A DNA stretch of 64,000 bases from an uncultured Nitrospiraceae bacterium (GTDB lineage: Bacteria > Nitrospirota > Thermodesulfovibrionia > Thermodesulfovibrionales > Dissulfurispiraceae): assembly GCA_963705105.1 (NCBI GenBank), contig CAVPIW010000005.1, positions 256,001 to 320,000 of the forward strand, written 5' to 3'. Shown here in pieces: positions 51,971-64,000 of this stretch. The notes under the pieces were generated by a model, which was not told the DNA's origin, made no database searches, and saw only the letters and a list, made by a program, of their open reading frames with translations. The stretch's first letter is position 1. Every line of letters starts with the position of its first letter. A program made the position numbers and the translations under genes.

Positions 51971-53104
51971 TCATGACAGAAGGGACTGCTTCGCTTTTTT
52001 TCGAAGGATGATCAGGCAGACGAAGAGCGCTGCCAGAACGCCGAAGAGCAGCAGGGATTTTCCCATCAGGATCCCCGACAAGTCACCGCCGCCGGCCGCC
52101 GCTCCGCTCTGTTTCGTGGCCAGATAGGCGAGCCAGCCGCCCATGCCCGCGTTGGCGATATACTGTTTTGCCAGCCTGTAGCCGTTGCCGTAGACGGGGT
52201 CCATATTCCTCTCTATGGCTGCAATGGCCTGTTCCGCTTCCGGACTCCTTTCGTCTGCGAGCACCATGACGGCGAGAGCCTGACAGCTTCCTTCCTCGAA
52301 GGTCTCGTCGAGGCCGTGGTTGTCCTTCAGCCTTATCCAGGCGTGGCAGAGCTCGTGGGCCGCGACCTCGAGGAAATTGACGTGGGGCAATCCTTCGAGG
52401 ATGAGGATCTCCAGTCCCTCCGTCCTCTGGTCATTGAATGTGCGGACGGTGTTAACGTGTGTCACCCCGTTTATCCCCTTTTTCCCCATGATCTCTTCGA
52501 GACGGAAGGCTGTTGCCAGGCGGAGAGGGATCTCCCGGTCGGGAAAGACGAATCCATAGCGGGCAATCTTTGTTTTTACTTCCTTGAACAAATCTGCCGC
52601 CTCACCCTCTTTCCAGACCGTCGTCCTGTCACACCTGTCACAGACGGTCCTGCCATCCTGGTAACGACTGTTCTCACCGGACTGAGCGCGTTGTATCACC
52701 CGGCCGCAGTATGTACAGTGCTTCAGTTCAGCCTGATGATGGGGATGATATTTTGTGCCCCACTCATCTGTCAGGTAGCGCCCCTCGAGAATCTGACCGC
52801 ATATGTCGCACTTGGGAAGGGCCTTCTGCTTATAGCAATTCGGGTGTAAGTATTTCCCGTCGTCTTTCGCAATGTCACCGTGAATAGGTTCGTTGCAGAG
52901 AGCGCAGAGAAGATGCCCCGGATGGAAAAACCTGTCATCGACCTGCAGATGTTGTCCCTCAATTTCCTCGCCGCAGTGATGACAGACGACGCCGGCAGGA
53001 GCGGGATCGGGACAAAATGCAACGATGAGCAGGATTAGGACTGCACAGATAAAATAAAGACGCTCCTTCAAACGCCGGAGCGGGGTTGTCCTGTGGGCTG
53101 ACAT
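51971..53104 (-). CDS. LIM-like zinc finger plus DA1-like HExxH metallopeptidase, membrane anchored
   Basis: Repeated CxxC...H(P)xH/C modules; AHELCHAW, EEGSCQ, DPVYGNGYR; N-terminal signal and C-terminal TM. Confidence 0.8.
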   Translation of the reverse strand: MSAHRTTPLRRLKERLYFICAVLILLIVAFCPDPAPAGVVCHHCGEEIEGQHLQVDDRFFHPGHLLCALCNEPIHGDIAKDDGKYLHPNCYKQKALPKCDICGQILEGRYLTDEWGTKYHPHHQAELKHCTYCGRVIQRAQSGENSRYQDGRTVCDRCDRTTVWKEGEAADLFKEVKTKIARYGFVFPDREIPLRLATAFRLEEIMGKKGINGVTHVNTVRTFNDQRTEGLEILILEGLPHVNFLEVAAHELCHAWIRLKDNHGLDETFEEGSCQALAVMVLADERSPEAEQAIAAIERNMDPVYGNGYRLAKQYIANAGMGGWLAYLATKQSGAAAGGGDLSGILMGKSLLLFGVLAALFVCLIILRKKAKQSLLS

Positions 53105-53218
53105 ATATGATAAATCGGGGAATTACGGGGTTTCTTGAGCGGACGATCAGCGTTCAGCCGGCATCATCGTCCCGATCCGCCAAACCGAGAGGCGGGGTGC
53201 ACGCGCCGCTTGTGAACA

Positions 53219-53381
53219 GTGACGATCTCCTAAAAAGTCGTCATATCCGCAAAGCTTGTCCCCGCAGATAGTAAGCGGGGAGCGGGTATCCAGAGTACAA
53301 ATAACTACCTGAAGGACTGGATTCCCGTCTGCACTGGAATGACGGATAAGCCCTTTACAGGACTTTTTACGAGGCTGTCAA
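53219..53381. repeat. Palindromic repeat of the GGGTATCCAG/CTGGATTCCCG type
   Basis: Outer inverted repeat CTC.TAAAAAGTC/GACTTTTTACGAG; inner CGGGTATCCAG/CTGGATTCCCG. Confidence 0.7.
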
Positions 53382-53395
53382 CAGTAGACCCTGCA

Positions 53396-53600
53396 GTTGC
53401 ATGAAAAGGCGGGGCGAAGAGCCTCAAAGCCTTGCTGAAGGCGACGATGATCATTGTCATCTTCGTGTTTCAGGATTCCACTCTTTGTGTCATCGACCAT
53501 TTGCGAATAGTTTGTCTTTCGTCTTGATGCAGGTGTCGCCGCAGCAAGGTTTTCGGCACATACACCCCGCCTTTCCGGGAGTGTATTGCAACGATAAGGT
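53396..53600. repeat. Modular REP-like element
   Basis: TTGCATGAAAAGGCGGGGCG...CACCCCGCCTTTCCGGGAGTGTATTGCAACGATAAGGT; arms match 41027-41075 and 24880-24950. Confidence 0.8.
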
Positions 53601-53631
53601 AGACAGAATACAGTGGACAATAGACAGCAAC

Positions 53632-53908
53632 CAGATGACGAACATGCCGACGGGGAGGCTGATGTGGTGAAAAGCATTTCCGCTAAGATACCTTATTCGT
53701 CCCCAGACTACCCTCTGCCGTGTCTATCGGTGCCAGATACCCGTCAGGCAACAGGCGCTAAACACCTCGAAATGTCTCATCATCGCATTGGAAAGGCGTT
53801 GAACCATATCTGCCTCCCCGGAGGCAGCGGTGGTGACACCGACTCTGACACTGACACTCACACTGTCACTGTTTTTCAGAGCGCTTCGCCCCGCCTTTTC
53901 ATGCAACC
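53632..53908. repeat. 170-nt rod-hairpin copy 2 plus hexamer tract and REP-like arm
   Basis: Hairpin at 53651-53820; near-colinear with 60740-61003. Confidence 0.85.
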
Positions 53909-53944
53909 GCAAGGTAAAATTATAGGGGCATTCGGCTGACGACG

Positions 53945-54913
53945 TTACTCCAGCATTATGCCCGTCACGATGATGACGAGAGTACCTGCAAAGATGAGCA
54001 GCAGGGCCGTCGTCTCGAGAAAATGCCCCATGCGGTAACGCTTGTTGAACTCTCCGAGGCGGTATTGCTTGAACCACGTCCCGGAAAAGGGCATGGCGTA
54101 GGCGCGGATTTCCTCGAGCGCCATCAGCAGGTTGGCGTCTTCGTGAAGGACCGATCTCAGGAAACGGCCGGCATGAATGGCCAGGAATCCGCCTGAGCAG
54201 AGCAGAAAGACGGCCGGGAACAGATAGATCATCCCATGAGGCATGTTGCGCCTCAGAAAGAGGAGCGCCAGGGCGGCCAGGACGGCGGCGGTCAAGGCAA
54301 CGAGGATCACGATCTGTCCTATCTTCTCCTGTCCCCTGGCCGAACAGAAGCCGAAGTACGTGCTCTCCACCTTTTTCGGATCGGCAGCTTCTTCCTGGAC
54401 CGCCCGGACCGGTTCGCGCTGCGTAACCTGAGAGGCCTGTCGATCGTCCGCTGACTCCTCCATGCTCGTCCCGTCACCCGGTGTTTCCCTTTGAACGTGA
54501 AAGACGACGGACTCCGTCAGTCTCCTGATTTCCCGGGACAGGCGCGCGGGATCGCGCAGGTCGGCTCCGAGCTTGCCGGCCAGAAAGGGCGGCACCTCGC
54601 AGGTATTGATGACGACGGGAAAGACGGTGAACCGCCTTCCGCCGATGTCCGTCGTCATTGCGCGGATCAATTCGCTCCGGACCCAGTCGGTCATGACGGA
54701 CTGGCTCGATATAAGTGCGATGACGACGTCATGCCTTCCCGTCGCATCCCCGATTTTTCGCAGCAGCGACTCGCCCTGTTTCATCTCATCCTCGTCGAGC
54801 CGGACCTGGATGTCTTCGTTGTTCAGCTCCCTGATGATGCGACGCGCCATGGGTTTATCCGAATAACAATGTACAAGAAAAACCGAATGTGCGGTACTCC
54901 CCTGCCCGCTCAT
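53945..54913 (-). CDS. TIR-domain protein with three predicted C-terminal TM helices
   Basis: VFLVH..SDK, DEDEMKQGESL, ISSQSV.TDWVRSEL, VFPVVI..CEVPPFL; three hydrophobic segments. Confidence 0.8.
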   Translation of the reverse strand: MSGQGSTAHSVFLVHCYSDKPMARRIIRELNNEDIQVRLDEDEMKQGESLLRKIGDATGRHDVVIALISSQSVMTDWVRSELIRAMTTDIGGRRFTVFPVVINTCEVPPFLAGKLGADLRDPARLSREIRRLTESVVFHVQRETPGDGTSMEESADDRQASQVTQREPVRAVQEEAADPKKVESTYFGFCSARGQEKIGQIVILVALTAAVLAALALLFLRRNMPHGMIYLFPAVFLLCSGGFLAIHAGRFLRSVLHEDANLLMALEEIRAYAMPFSGTWFKQYRLGEFNKRYRMGHFLETTALLLIFAGTLVIIVTGIMLE

Positions 54914-54916
54914 CGG

Positions 54917-57429
<2,513 letters not shown>

Positions 57430-57519
57430 GCAATATGTGGGAATGCCGAATGCTGTGAGAAAGTATACCAGAGCGGGAAGAATGAAGACTACAGGGGGTG
57501 CGGAAAAGGAATGACGCCT

Positions 57520-58287
57520 CTACTTTCCTTCGATGAGCTGGATGAAAGCCTTTGCGTCCTTGTAACCGGGAACGACGCGGCCGTCGGAGAGGACCGTCGC
57601 GGGGGTACCGCTTATACCGAGCTTTTCGGCGAGTTTGATGTTTTCATCAAGGGCCTTCGTCTCGCACGTGGCCTTCGGGAGCGGCTTTTTCTGATAGGCG
57701 TCCTCGAGGAGGGCGAGAGATTTTTCGCAGACGACCGCCTTCGATTTGTCGTAAGCTTCCGGGTGCATCTTCAACGGAAACAGCTTGACAAAAAAGACGA
57801 TGTCCTTCCTCTCACTCAGTATTTTCTTCATCTCCTGATGAAGTTTCTCGCAGAAGGGTCAATCGGGGTCGCTGAAGACGATGGCGCGGTACTTGGCGTT
57901 CTTGTCACCCATGACGATGGCGTCATCGAGGGGGATCTGAGACACATCGACCCGCGTAATGTCCGCCATCCGCTCCTGCGTCAGGTTCTTCCTCTCCTTG
58001 ATCGAGATGACAGCGCCGGAAAAGAGGTTTTTCTTCGCGTAATCGATGTAAACAATGCCTTTCCTTCCGCCCGACTCGATGACGAGCTCCCAGAGACCGC
58101 CTGCCGGCGCCTTGTTGACCTCGGCGACCTTTACGTCGGGGATGATGTCCTTGAGGATCTTTTCAGCCTCGTCCTTTGCCAGGGTGTGACACTTCGAGCA
58201 GTCCTTATCTCCTCCCGCGAAGCCGAAAGCGATGCCGGCCGGGAGCAGGCAGAGGATGAGCAGAGCGAGGGCTGAGATCCGTTTCAT
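57520..58287 (-). CDS. DsbC/DsbG-like thiol-disulfide isomerase, probable selenoprotein (UGA at 57859-57861)
   Basis: Two same-frame ORFs joined by TGA: FSDPD-U-PFC; GISGTP cis-Pro loop; SECIS-like hairpin; signal peptide; CSKCH. Confidence 0.88.
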
Positions 58288-58403
58288 GCTTTTCAGTATA
58301 CAGAGACGGAGTCGAAATATGCAAGGTATCTTGCAGTTGCGTGAAAAGCCGGCGCGAAGCACCTCACCTTCCCGGAGGGCGTATATAACAATAAGGCTTA
58401 CGC

Positions 58404-59045
58404 TCATCGCGCGCCGAAGCGATGACGGAGGAATTCGATGACGCCGGGCATGACCGATATGACGATGATGGCGAGGATGACAAGGGAGAAGTTGTTTTTG
58501 ACCACCGGTATGTTGCCGAAGAAATAGCCGGAGAGGACAAGGCTCGTTATCCAGAGCACTCCCCCGGCAATGCTGAAAAGCACGTAGCTCCCGTAGCGCA
58601 TCCTGCCGATGCCCGCGACGAAGGGTGCGAAGGTCCGGACGATGGGGACAAACCGGGCGATGATGATCGTTTTGCGACCGTACTTCTCGTAGAAATGGCG
58701 CGTCCTGTCGAGGTGCTTCCTGTTGAGAAAACGGGAACTCTCGCTGTGGAAGACCCGCGGTCCCGTAAAACGCCCGATCCAGTAATTCACGTTGTCGCCT
58801 GAAAAAGACGCCGTGATCAGGAGCGCGATGATCAGCCTGACGTCGAGGGACCCCATCGCGGCCAGGGTACCGACGGCGAAGAGGAGTGAATCTCCCGGCA
58901 GGAAGGGCGTGACGACGAGTCCCGTTTCGCAGAATATTATGAGAAAGAGTATCGCATAGGTCCAGGTCCCGTAATCCCTGATGACGATATCGAGGTACTT
59001 GTCCAGGTGCAGGACGATCTCGATGACGTCACGGATGAATTCCAC
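58404..59045 (-). CDS. DedA family membrane protein
   Basis: ETGLVVTPFLPGDSLLF, GDNVNYWIG, ARFVPIVRTFAPFVAG. Confidence 0.95.
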   Translation of the reverse strand: MEFIRDVIEIVLHLDKYLDIVIRDYGTWTYAILFLIIFCETGLVVTPFLPGDSLLFAVGTLAAMGSLDVRLIIALLITASFSGDNVNYWIGRFTGPRVFHSESSRFLNRKHLDRTRHFYEKYGRKTIIIARFVPIVRTFAPFVAGIGRMRYGSYVLFSIAGGVLWITSLVLSGYFFGNIPVVKNNFSLVILAIIVISVMPGVIEFLRHRFGAR

Positions 59046-59579
59046 TCACTCTCCCTCGAACTCGGTGAGAGAAAAGATCCTGTATCCCTTTTCAAGAAGC
59101 TTCCCCTCTCCTCCCACATCGGGGAGATTGACGATGAAGACCATCTCGGCAACGGTACCGCCGAGTTTCTCGACGAGGGCCGCCGCTGCGAGGGCCGTAC
59201 CGCCCGTGGCGAGAAGGTCGTCGACGAGGAGCACCCGTGTCCCCTTCTGGAGGGAGTCGCTGTGAATCTCCATTGTGTCCGTTCCGTATTCAAGTTCGTA
59301 TTCGTGGCTGATTTTGTCAGCCGGGAGCTTGCCCTTCTTCCTGATGGGGATGAACCCCTTTCCGAGGGAATAGGCGAGAGCGCCGCCGATGATGAAGCCC
59401 CTCGATTCGATGCCGACGATGATGTCGAACTTCAGATCCCCCCTTATGTACCGCTGCGTGAAGCTGTCGATGACGAGCCTGAACCCCACGGGGTCCTTCA
59501 GCAGCGTCGTGATATCCCTGAAAAGAATACCTTTTTTCGGGTAATCCGGTATGGTCCGTATCTTCGACTTTATCGGCAT
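59046..59579 (-). CDS. apt: Adenine phosphoribosyltransferase
   Basis: PDYPKKGILFRDIT, ESRGF, YELEYG, VDDLLATGGT. Confidence 0.97.
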   Translation of the reverse strand: MPIKSKIRTIPDYPKKGILFRDITTLLKDPVGFRLVIDSFTQRYIRGDLKFDIIVGIESRGFIIGGALAYSLGKGFIPIRKKGKLPADKISHEYELEYGTDTMEIHSDSLQKGTRVLLVDDLLATGGTALAAAALVEKLGGTVAEMVFIVNLPDVGGEGKLLEKGYRIFSLTEFEGE

Positions 59580-59592
59580 CGCTTCCTCCTCC

Positions 59593-60357
59593 TTAATGGT
59601 TGCAGCTCTTCAGGCCCCCGATCTTCGGGACCGTCTTCATAATCAGGTTCCTCACATTACCGGCGTTTTTCTCCATGATCGCGACGATCATCTCCCACGT
59701 GACGGGTTCTTCCCCTTCTTTCCAGCAGTCGTAGTCGGTGGACATGGCGATCGACTGATAGCAGATGCCGGCCTCCCGGGCGAGGATCACCTCGGGTACC
59801 GTGGACATGTTGATGACGTCGGCGCCGAGTTTCCTGAACATGTGCGATTCAGCCCGCGATGAAAACCTGGGCCCCTCGATCGTGACGACCGTTCCCCTGC
59901 GGTGGTGGCGGAGACCCAGCTCCTTTGCCGATTCGACGAGGAGACCCCGCAGTTCCGCGCAGAAAGGATCGCTCATCGGCGTGTGGATCACCTGCTGTTC
60001 ATGGAAGGTGAGCACACGGTGTTTCGTGAAGTCGATGAACTGATCGACGAAGACGAGATCGCCCGGCCTGATCCTCACTCTCAGGGAGCCGACTGCCGTC
60101 GTGGCGAGGATGTGTGAGCAGCCCGCCTCTTTCAGGGCGAGGATGTTGGCCCGGTAATTCACGTTCGTCGGCGAAACGCCGTGATCCTTGCCGTGGCGGG
60201 ACAGCACGACCATATCGATGCCGTCGAGCTTTCCCGTCGTCAGCGGTGACGACGGATCGCCGTACGGCGTCTCCACCGCATGCTCCTCCATATCGCTCAG
60301 GAGACGGGGGTCGTCCATGCCGGATCCGCCGATGATGCCGATCTTTATCTTTTCCAT
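59593..60357 (-). CDS. mtnP: S-methyl-5'-thioadenosine phosphorylase
   Basis: GIIGGSG, RHG, EGPRFSS.AES, NMSTVPE, TDYDCW. Confidence 0.93.
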   Translation of the reverse strand: MEKIKIGIIGGSGMDDPRLLSDMEEHAVETPYGDPSSPLTTGKLDGIDMVVLSRHGKDHGVSPTNVNYRANILALKEAGCSHILATTAVGSLRVRIRPGDLVFVDQFIDFTKHRVLTFHEQQVIHTPMSDPFCAELRGLLVESAKELGLRHHRRGTVVTIEGPRFSSRAESHMFRKLGADVINMSTVPEVILAREAGICYQSIAMSTDYDCWKEGEEPVTWEMIVAIMEKNAGNVRNLIMKTVPKIGGLKSCNH

Positions 60358-60415
60358 GAGTACACCTCACATTTCCAAGTCAAAAAGTTTACCATACGGG
60401 AATCACTTTTTGAAT

Positions 60416-60630
60416 CATTGGTGTCCAAAATAACGTGACACGAGGAGAGGGCATGCTTTCTTCGCAAAATAAACTACCTCTCCTCAAGGGCATGTCTCTA
60501 GTATGAAAACATATGTCTTCGCAGGTACACTGTACGGCTCCCGCTACGGCTTGCGCCTTCGACTCCCGCCGCCGTTCACAGTACCCGTGAATTTTGCTTC
60601 AAAAACCAAACCCTCTCCTCGTTTTCGACG
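60416..60630. repeat. Intergenic repeat (TGGTGTCC family), long copy
   Basis: ACGAGGAGAGGG (60440-60451) pairs CCCTCTCCTCGT (60611-60622); ends shared with 6358-6447. Confidence 0.6.
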
Positions 60631-60667
60631 TCTCACTGTGAAATAATTACCATATCGTTTGCAGACG

Positions 60668-61003
60668 TGCGACCGAAAGGCGGGATGTATGCGCTGCTTA
60701 CAAACAGCAGACAGAATTCAGTAAACAATAGACAGCAACCAGACGACGAACACACCGACGGGAAGGCTGATGTGGTGAAAAGCCTTTCCGCTAAGATACC
60801 GTGTTCGTCCCCGGACCACACTTTGCCGTGTCTACCGATACCAGATGCCCGTCAGGCAAGAGGCGCTGAACACCTCGATATGTCTCATCATCGCATTGGA
60901 AAGGCTTTGAACCATATCTGCCTTCCCGGAGGCAGTGACACCGACACTGACACTCACACTGTCACTGTTTTTCAGAGCACTTTGTCCCGACTTTTCATAC
61001 AAC
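60668..61003. repeat. Modular REP-like element enclosing 170-nt rod-hairpin copy 3
   Basis: GAAAGGCGGGATGTATGCG arm, hairpin at 60759-60928, CACTGA tract, degenerate right arm. Confidence 0.85.
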
Positions 61004-61070
61004 TGGTAAGAATATAATACCTCCGTAGACAAATTGCCGGTCCTGTGGTACCCTTTATGAGAAACGGCAG

Positions 61071-62801
61071 ATGAATACCACAACTGCATATCATGACATC
61101 GTCATCGTCGGCTCCGGCCTCGCCGGGTTGAGGGCGGCCCTCGAAGTCGCCGGCAAGGCGGACGTCGCCGTGATCAGCAAGGTCTACCCGACCCGCTCCC
61201 ACTCGGGCGCCGCCCAGGGAGGGATCGCCGCCGCCCTCGGCAACGAAGAGAGCGACTCCTGGGAATGGCACATGTTCGACACGGTGAAGGGCGGCGATTA
61301 CCTCACCGACCAGGACGCCGCAGAGATTCTCGCACGCGACGCTCCGAGGGCAGTCTATGAATTGGAGCATTGGGGAGTTCCTTTCAACAGGACGCCCGAC
61401 GGGAGAATAGCACAGCGCGCCTTCGGCGGACACACGAGCGAATTCGGACGGGCAGCCGTGAAAAGGGCCTGCCATGCCGCCGACCGGTCGGGACGGGTCA
61501 TGCTCGACATCATGTACTGGGAGGCGGTGCGCCGGGGGATCAAAGTATACAGCGAGTTTCATGTCCTCGATCTCGTCATGACGGGAGACGGTGTCGCAGG
61601 GATCGTCGCCTGTGAGTTTGCCACGGGACAGATCCATGTCTTTCATTCCAAAATCGTGCTCCTCGCCACGGGAGGGTTCGGCAAGGTCTACAGGACGACA
61701 TCGAACTGTTTTGCAAACACCGGCGACGGCGTCGCCATGGCCTTCCGGTCCGGCATACCGCTCGAGGACATGGAATTCGTCCAGATCCATCCGACGGGCA
61801 TCTACGGTCTCGGAGTCCTCATCAGCGAGGCCGCCCGCGGCGAGGGAGGCATCCTGAGAAACAGGGACGGAGAGGCCTTCATGGGACGCTATGCCCCGAC
61901 GGTAAAAGATCTCGCGGCGAGAGACGTCGTGAGCAGGGCCATCTATACCGAAATCCGCGAGGGCAGGGGGATTGACGGAAAGGACTTCGTCCATCTCGAC
62001 CTTACCCATCTGGGGAGGGAGAAAATCGCCGAGAAGCTCTCCGACATCAGCTCATTCGCCACAATCTACCTCGGCGTGGATGCCACGAAATCGCCCATCC
62101 CCGTGCAACCGACCTGCCATTACATGATGGGCGGGATCCCCACAAACTTGGACGGTCAGGTGCTCAGCGAGAATCACGAACCCGTGCCCGGTCTCTATGC
62201 TGCGGGAGAATGCGCATGCCTCTCTCTCCACGGCGCGAACCGCCTCGGCTGCAACTCTCTCCTGGACCTCGTCATCTTCGGCAGGAGGGCGGGTCTGAAA
62301 ATGGCAGAGGAAGTCGGGCGCCTCCAGTTCGTCGATCTCCCCCATCGCCCCGAGGCGAGGGTGACGGACACCGCAGCCGTCCTCAGGGAACGGAAGACGG
62401 GAGAACGGGCGACCGCAATCAGGAGCCTGATGCAGCAGACAATGACAGACCGCTGTTCCGTCTTCCGGACGAGAAATGGACTGATGGAGGCCCTTTCCAT
62501 ACTCAGGGGATTGCGGGACCGGTTCGATCAGGTCATCATCGCCGACAAGGGCGAGCGCTTTAACACCGACCTGCTGGAGGTGCTCGAGTTGGAGTCCCTG
62601 CTGTCCCTGGCGGAGACCATTGTCCGCTCGGCCCTCGCCAGGGAGGAGAGCCGGGGCGCTCACTTCAGGGAGGATTTCCCGGACAGGGACGATGCGAACT
62701 GCCTCAAGCACACGTTGATCAGGAAGGACGGCGAAGGCTGCCGCATCTTCTACAAGCCTGTGCGCATCACCCGTTTCCAGCCCCAGAAGAGGGTCTACTG
62801 A
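61071..62801 (+). CDS. sdhA: Succinate dehydrogenase/fumarate reductase flavoprotein
   Basis: [41 protein letters not shown]. Confidence 0.93.
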   Translation: MNTTTAYHDIVIVGSGLAGLRAALEVAGKADVAVISKVYPTRSHSGAAQGGIAAALGNEESDSWEWHMFDTVKGGDYLTDQDAAEILARDAPRAVYELEHWGVPFNRTPDGRIAQRAFGGHTSEFGRAAVKRACHAADRSGRVMLDIMYWEAVRRGIKVYSEFHVLDLVMTGDGVAGIVACEFATGQIHVFHSKIVLLATGGFGKVYRTTSNCFANTGDGVAMAFRSGIPLEDMEFVQIHPTGIYGLGVLISEAARGEGGILRNRDGEAFMGRYAPTVKDLAARDVVSRAIYTEIREGRGIDGKDFVHLDLTHLGREKIAEKLSDISSFATIYLGVDATKSPIPVQPTCHYMMGGIPTNLDGQVLSENHEPVPGLYAAGECACLSLHGANRLGCNSLLDLVIFGRRAGLKMAEEVGRLQFVDLPHRPEARVTDTAAVLRERKTGERATAIRSLMQQTMTDRCSVFRTRNGLMEALSILRGLRDRFDQVIIADKGERFNTDLLEVLELESLLSLAETIVRSALAREESRGAHFREDFPDRDDANCLKHTLIRKDGEGCRIFYKPVRITRFQPQKRVY

Positions 62802-63508
62802 TGGATATGCACTTCAAGATATACCGTTTTGACCCGGCCGCCGACAAGGGTCCGCATTACCGTCACTACACCGTACAGGCCGAACCGGAGGAGCGCATTC
62901 TTGACTGCCTGAACCGGATCAAGTGGGAGCAGGACGGGACCCTGGCCTACCGGATGTCCTGCGGCCACGGCGTCTGCGGTTCCGACGGCCTCAGGATCAA
63001 CGGCACCTGCAGGCTCGCATGCCAGGCCCTCGTCAGGGATTACCAGTGCCCCGAGGTCGTTATCGAGCCTCTCCCGGGCTTCAGGGTGCTCAAAGACCTC
63101 ATCGTCGACATCGACGGGTTTCTCGAGGGGATCCGTCTCATCAGGCCCTTTCTCATCGCCGCGACGGATCCGCCCGAAAAGGAGCGCCTCCAGGACCCCG
63201 AAGACAGGAAAAAGGTGGATGCCGTCATACGCTGCATCCTCTGCGCCTGCTGTACCGGCGCCTGCCCCGTCCGCTGGATCGACGAGGCCTACGTGGGTCC
63301 GGCAGCACTCGTATGGGCCTACCGCTACATCTTCGATTCACGCGATGAGGAGCGAACGGTGAGGCTGCAGCAGATCGACAACGCGACCGGCGCCTGGGGC
63401 TGCGTCAACCACTTCGAATGCACCCGCGTCTGCCCGAAGGATATCCCTGTCACCAAGTCCATCAACGAGATCAAGAGGGAGATCGAGAAGCGCCTCCGCC
63501 GCACCTGA
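62801..63508 (+). CDS. sdhB: Succinate dehydrogenase/fumarate reductase Fe-S subunit
   Basis: SCGHGVCGSDG, CILCACCTGACP, CVNHFECTRVCP. Confidence 0.93.
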   Translation: MDMHFKIYRFDPAADKGPHYRHYTVQAEPEERILDCLNRIKWEQDGTLAYRMSCGHGVCGSDGLRINGTCRLACQALVRDYQCPEVVIEPLPGFRVLKDLIVDIDGFLEGIRLIRPFLIAATDPPEKERLQDPEDRKKVDAVIRCILCACCTGACPVRWIDEAYVGPAALVWAYRYIFDSRDEERTVRLQQIDNATGAWGCVNHFECTRVCPKDIPVTKSINEIKREIEKRLRRT

Positions 63509-63528
63509 TACGTGTCTTTGCCGTCCGG

Positions 63529-63720
63529 CTGCACGGAAAGGCGGGGCGAAGCGCCTCTAAAAACAGTGTCAGTGTCAGTGTGAGTGTCAGCAAAAGGGTC
63601 ACTTTTTTCAGCCGTCAGCCTGAAATGGTCTTTATGGGAAGGCAGAGGTTTCGCAGCACCGAGGCTTGTCGGCGCATACGCCCCGCCTTTCCGGAGGCCC
63701 GATTGCAACGTTGAGGTTTA
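63529..63720. repeat. Modular REP-like element between convergent genes
   Basis: GGAAAGGCGGGGCG...CGCCCCGCCTTTCC arms; CAGTGT hexamers; terminal TTGCAACGTTGAGGTTTA. Confidence 0.8.
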
Positions 63721-63734
63721 CGGATTCGTCCCCT

Positions 63735-64000
63735 TCACTCCCCGGGCAGCTTGGCGGCAAGCACATCGACCTTCTCGATGACGGGCGGCTTCGAAAGCAG
63801 CTCGTCAGCCCTGGCCATCAGAGCAGCGGCGACCTTGCCCGTCAGGTGAGCCTGACGCCCCGACTCATCGGGAAATGCGTCGAAAATGCCGAACGTGGAA
63901 GGTCCGAGGCGGATAGCGAACCACGCCGTCGTCGCAGGCTCCTGCTGCACCACCGGCAGGCCGCCGAGCAGGAAGTCCTCAACGTCCTTCTCTTTTCCGG
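63735..64000 (-). CDS. ABM/putative quinol monooxygenase family protein (5' end outside window)
   Basis: GKEKDVEDFL..QEPATTAWFAIR..FGIFDAFPDESGRQAHL. Confidence 0.8.
   Translation of the reverse strand, partial: GKEKDVEDFLLGGLPVVQQEPATTAWFAIRLGPSTFGIFDAFPDESGRQAHLTGKVAAALMARADELLSKPPVIEKVDVLAAKLPGE

Noticed and set aside
53600..53910. CRISPR array
   Set aside because: No regularly spaced direct repeats with unique spacers and no cas genes.
53613..53939. ORFs across the 170-nt repeat (also 3379-3567 and 60667-61017) as a small protein family
   Set aside because: Starts differ, there is no RBS, substitutions are mostly non-synonymous and the sequence is palindromic; non-coding is more likely, though not excluded.

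Overview
This is a GC-rich bacterial chromosome segment; the gene content suggests Nitrospirota or a deltaproteobacterium-like organism (inference only). Housekeeping genes include glnS, tRNA-Leu(CAG), purB, a dcw cluster (mraZ to murB, with an inserted D,D-carboxypeptidase), bioF, 6S RNA-rny-ymdB, tyrS-hypD, pdxA, large-type purL, corA, ligA, apt, mtnP and sdhAB. Six things stand out. (i) Three tandem signal-peptide proteins carry C-terminal peptidase S74 chaperone domains, share mosaic identical DNA blocks and have no phage context. (ii) Two probable selenoproteins are split by the ORF caller: a DsbC-like UxxC protein with an N-terminal CxxCH, and an ArsS-like radical SAM protein, each with a SECIS-like hairpin. 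(iii) An HUH/Y1 (RAYT-like) transposase is bounded by perfect 22-bp inverted repeats, and an internally deleted copy lies 42 kb away. (iv) Several families of modular intergenic repeats occur, including a 170-nt rod-like hairpin in three indel-free copies with a compensatory change. (v) There is a bacterial LIM-domain/DA1-like metallopeptidase and a TIR-transmembrane protein. (vi) A Fic gene has paired palindromic operators. All calls come from reading the sequence by eye; no database searches were run.
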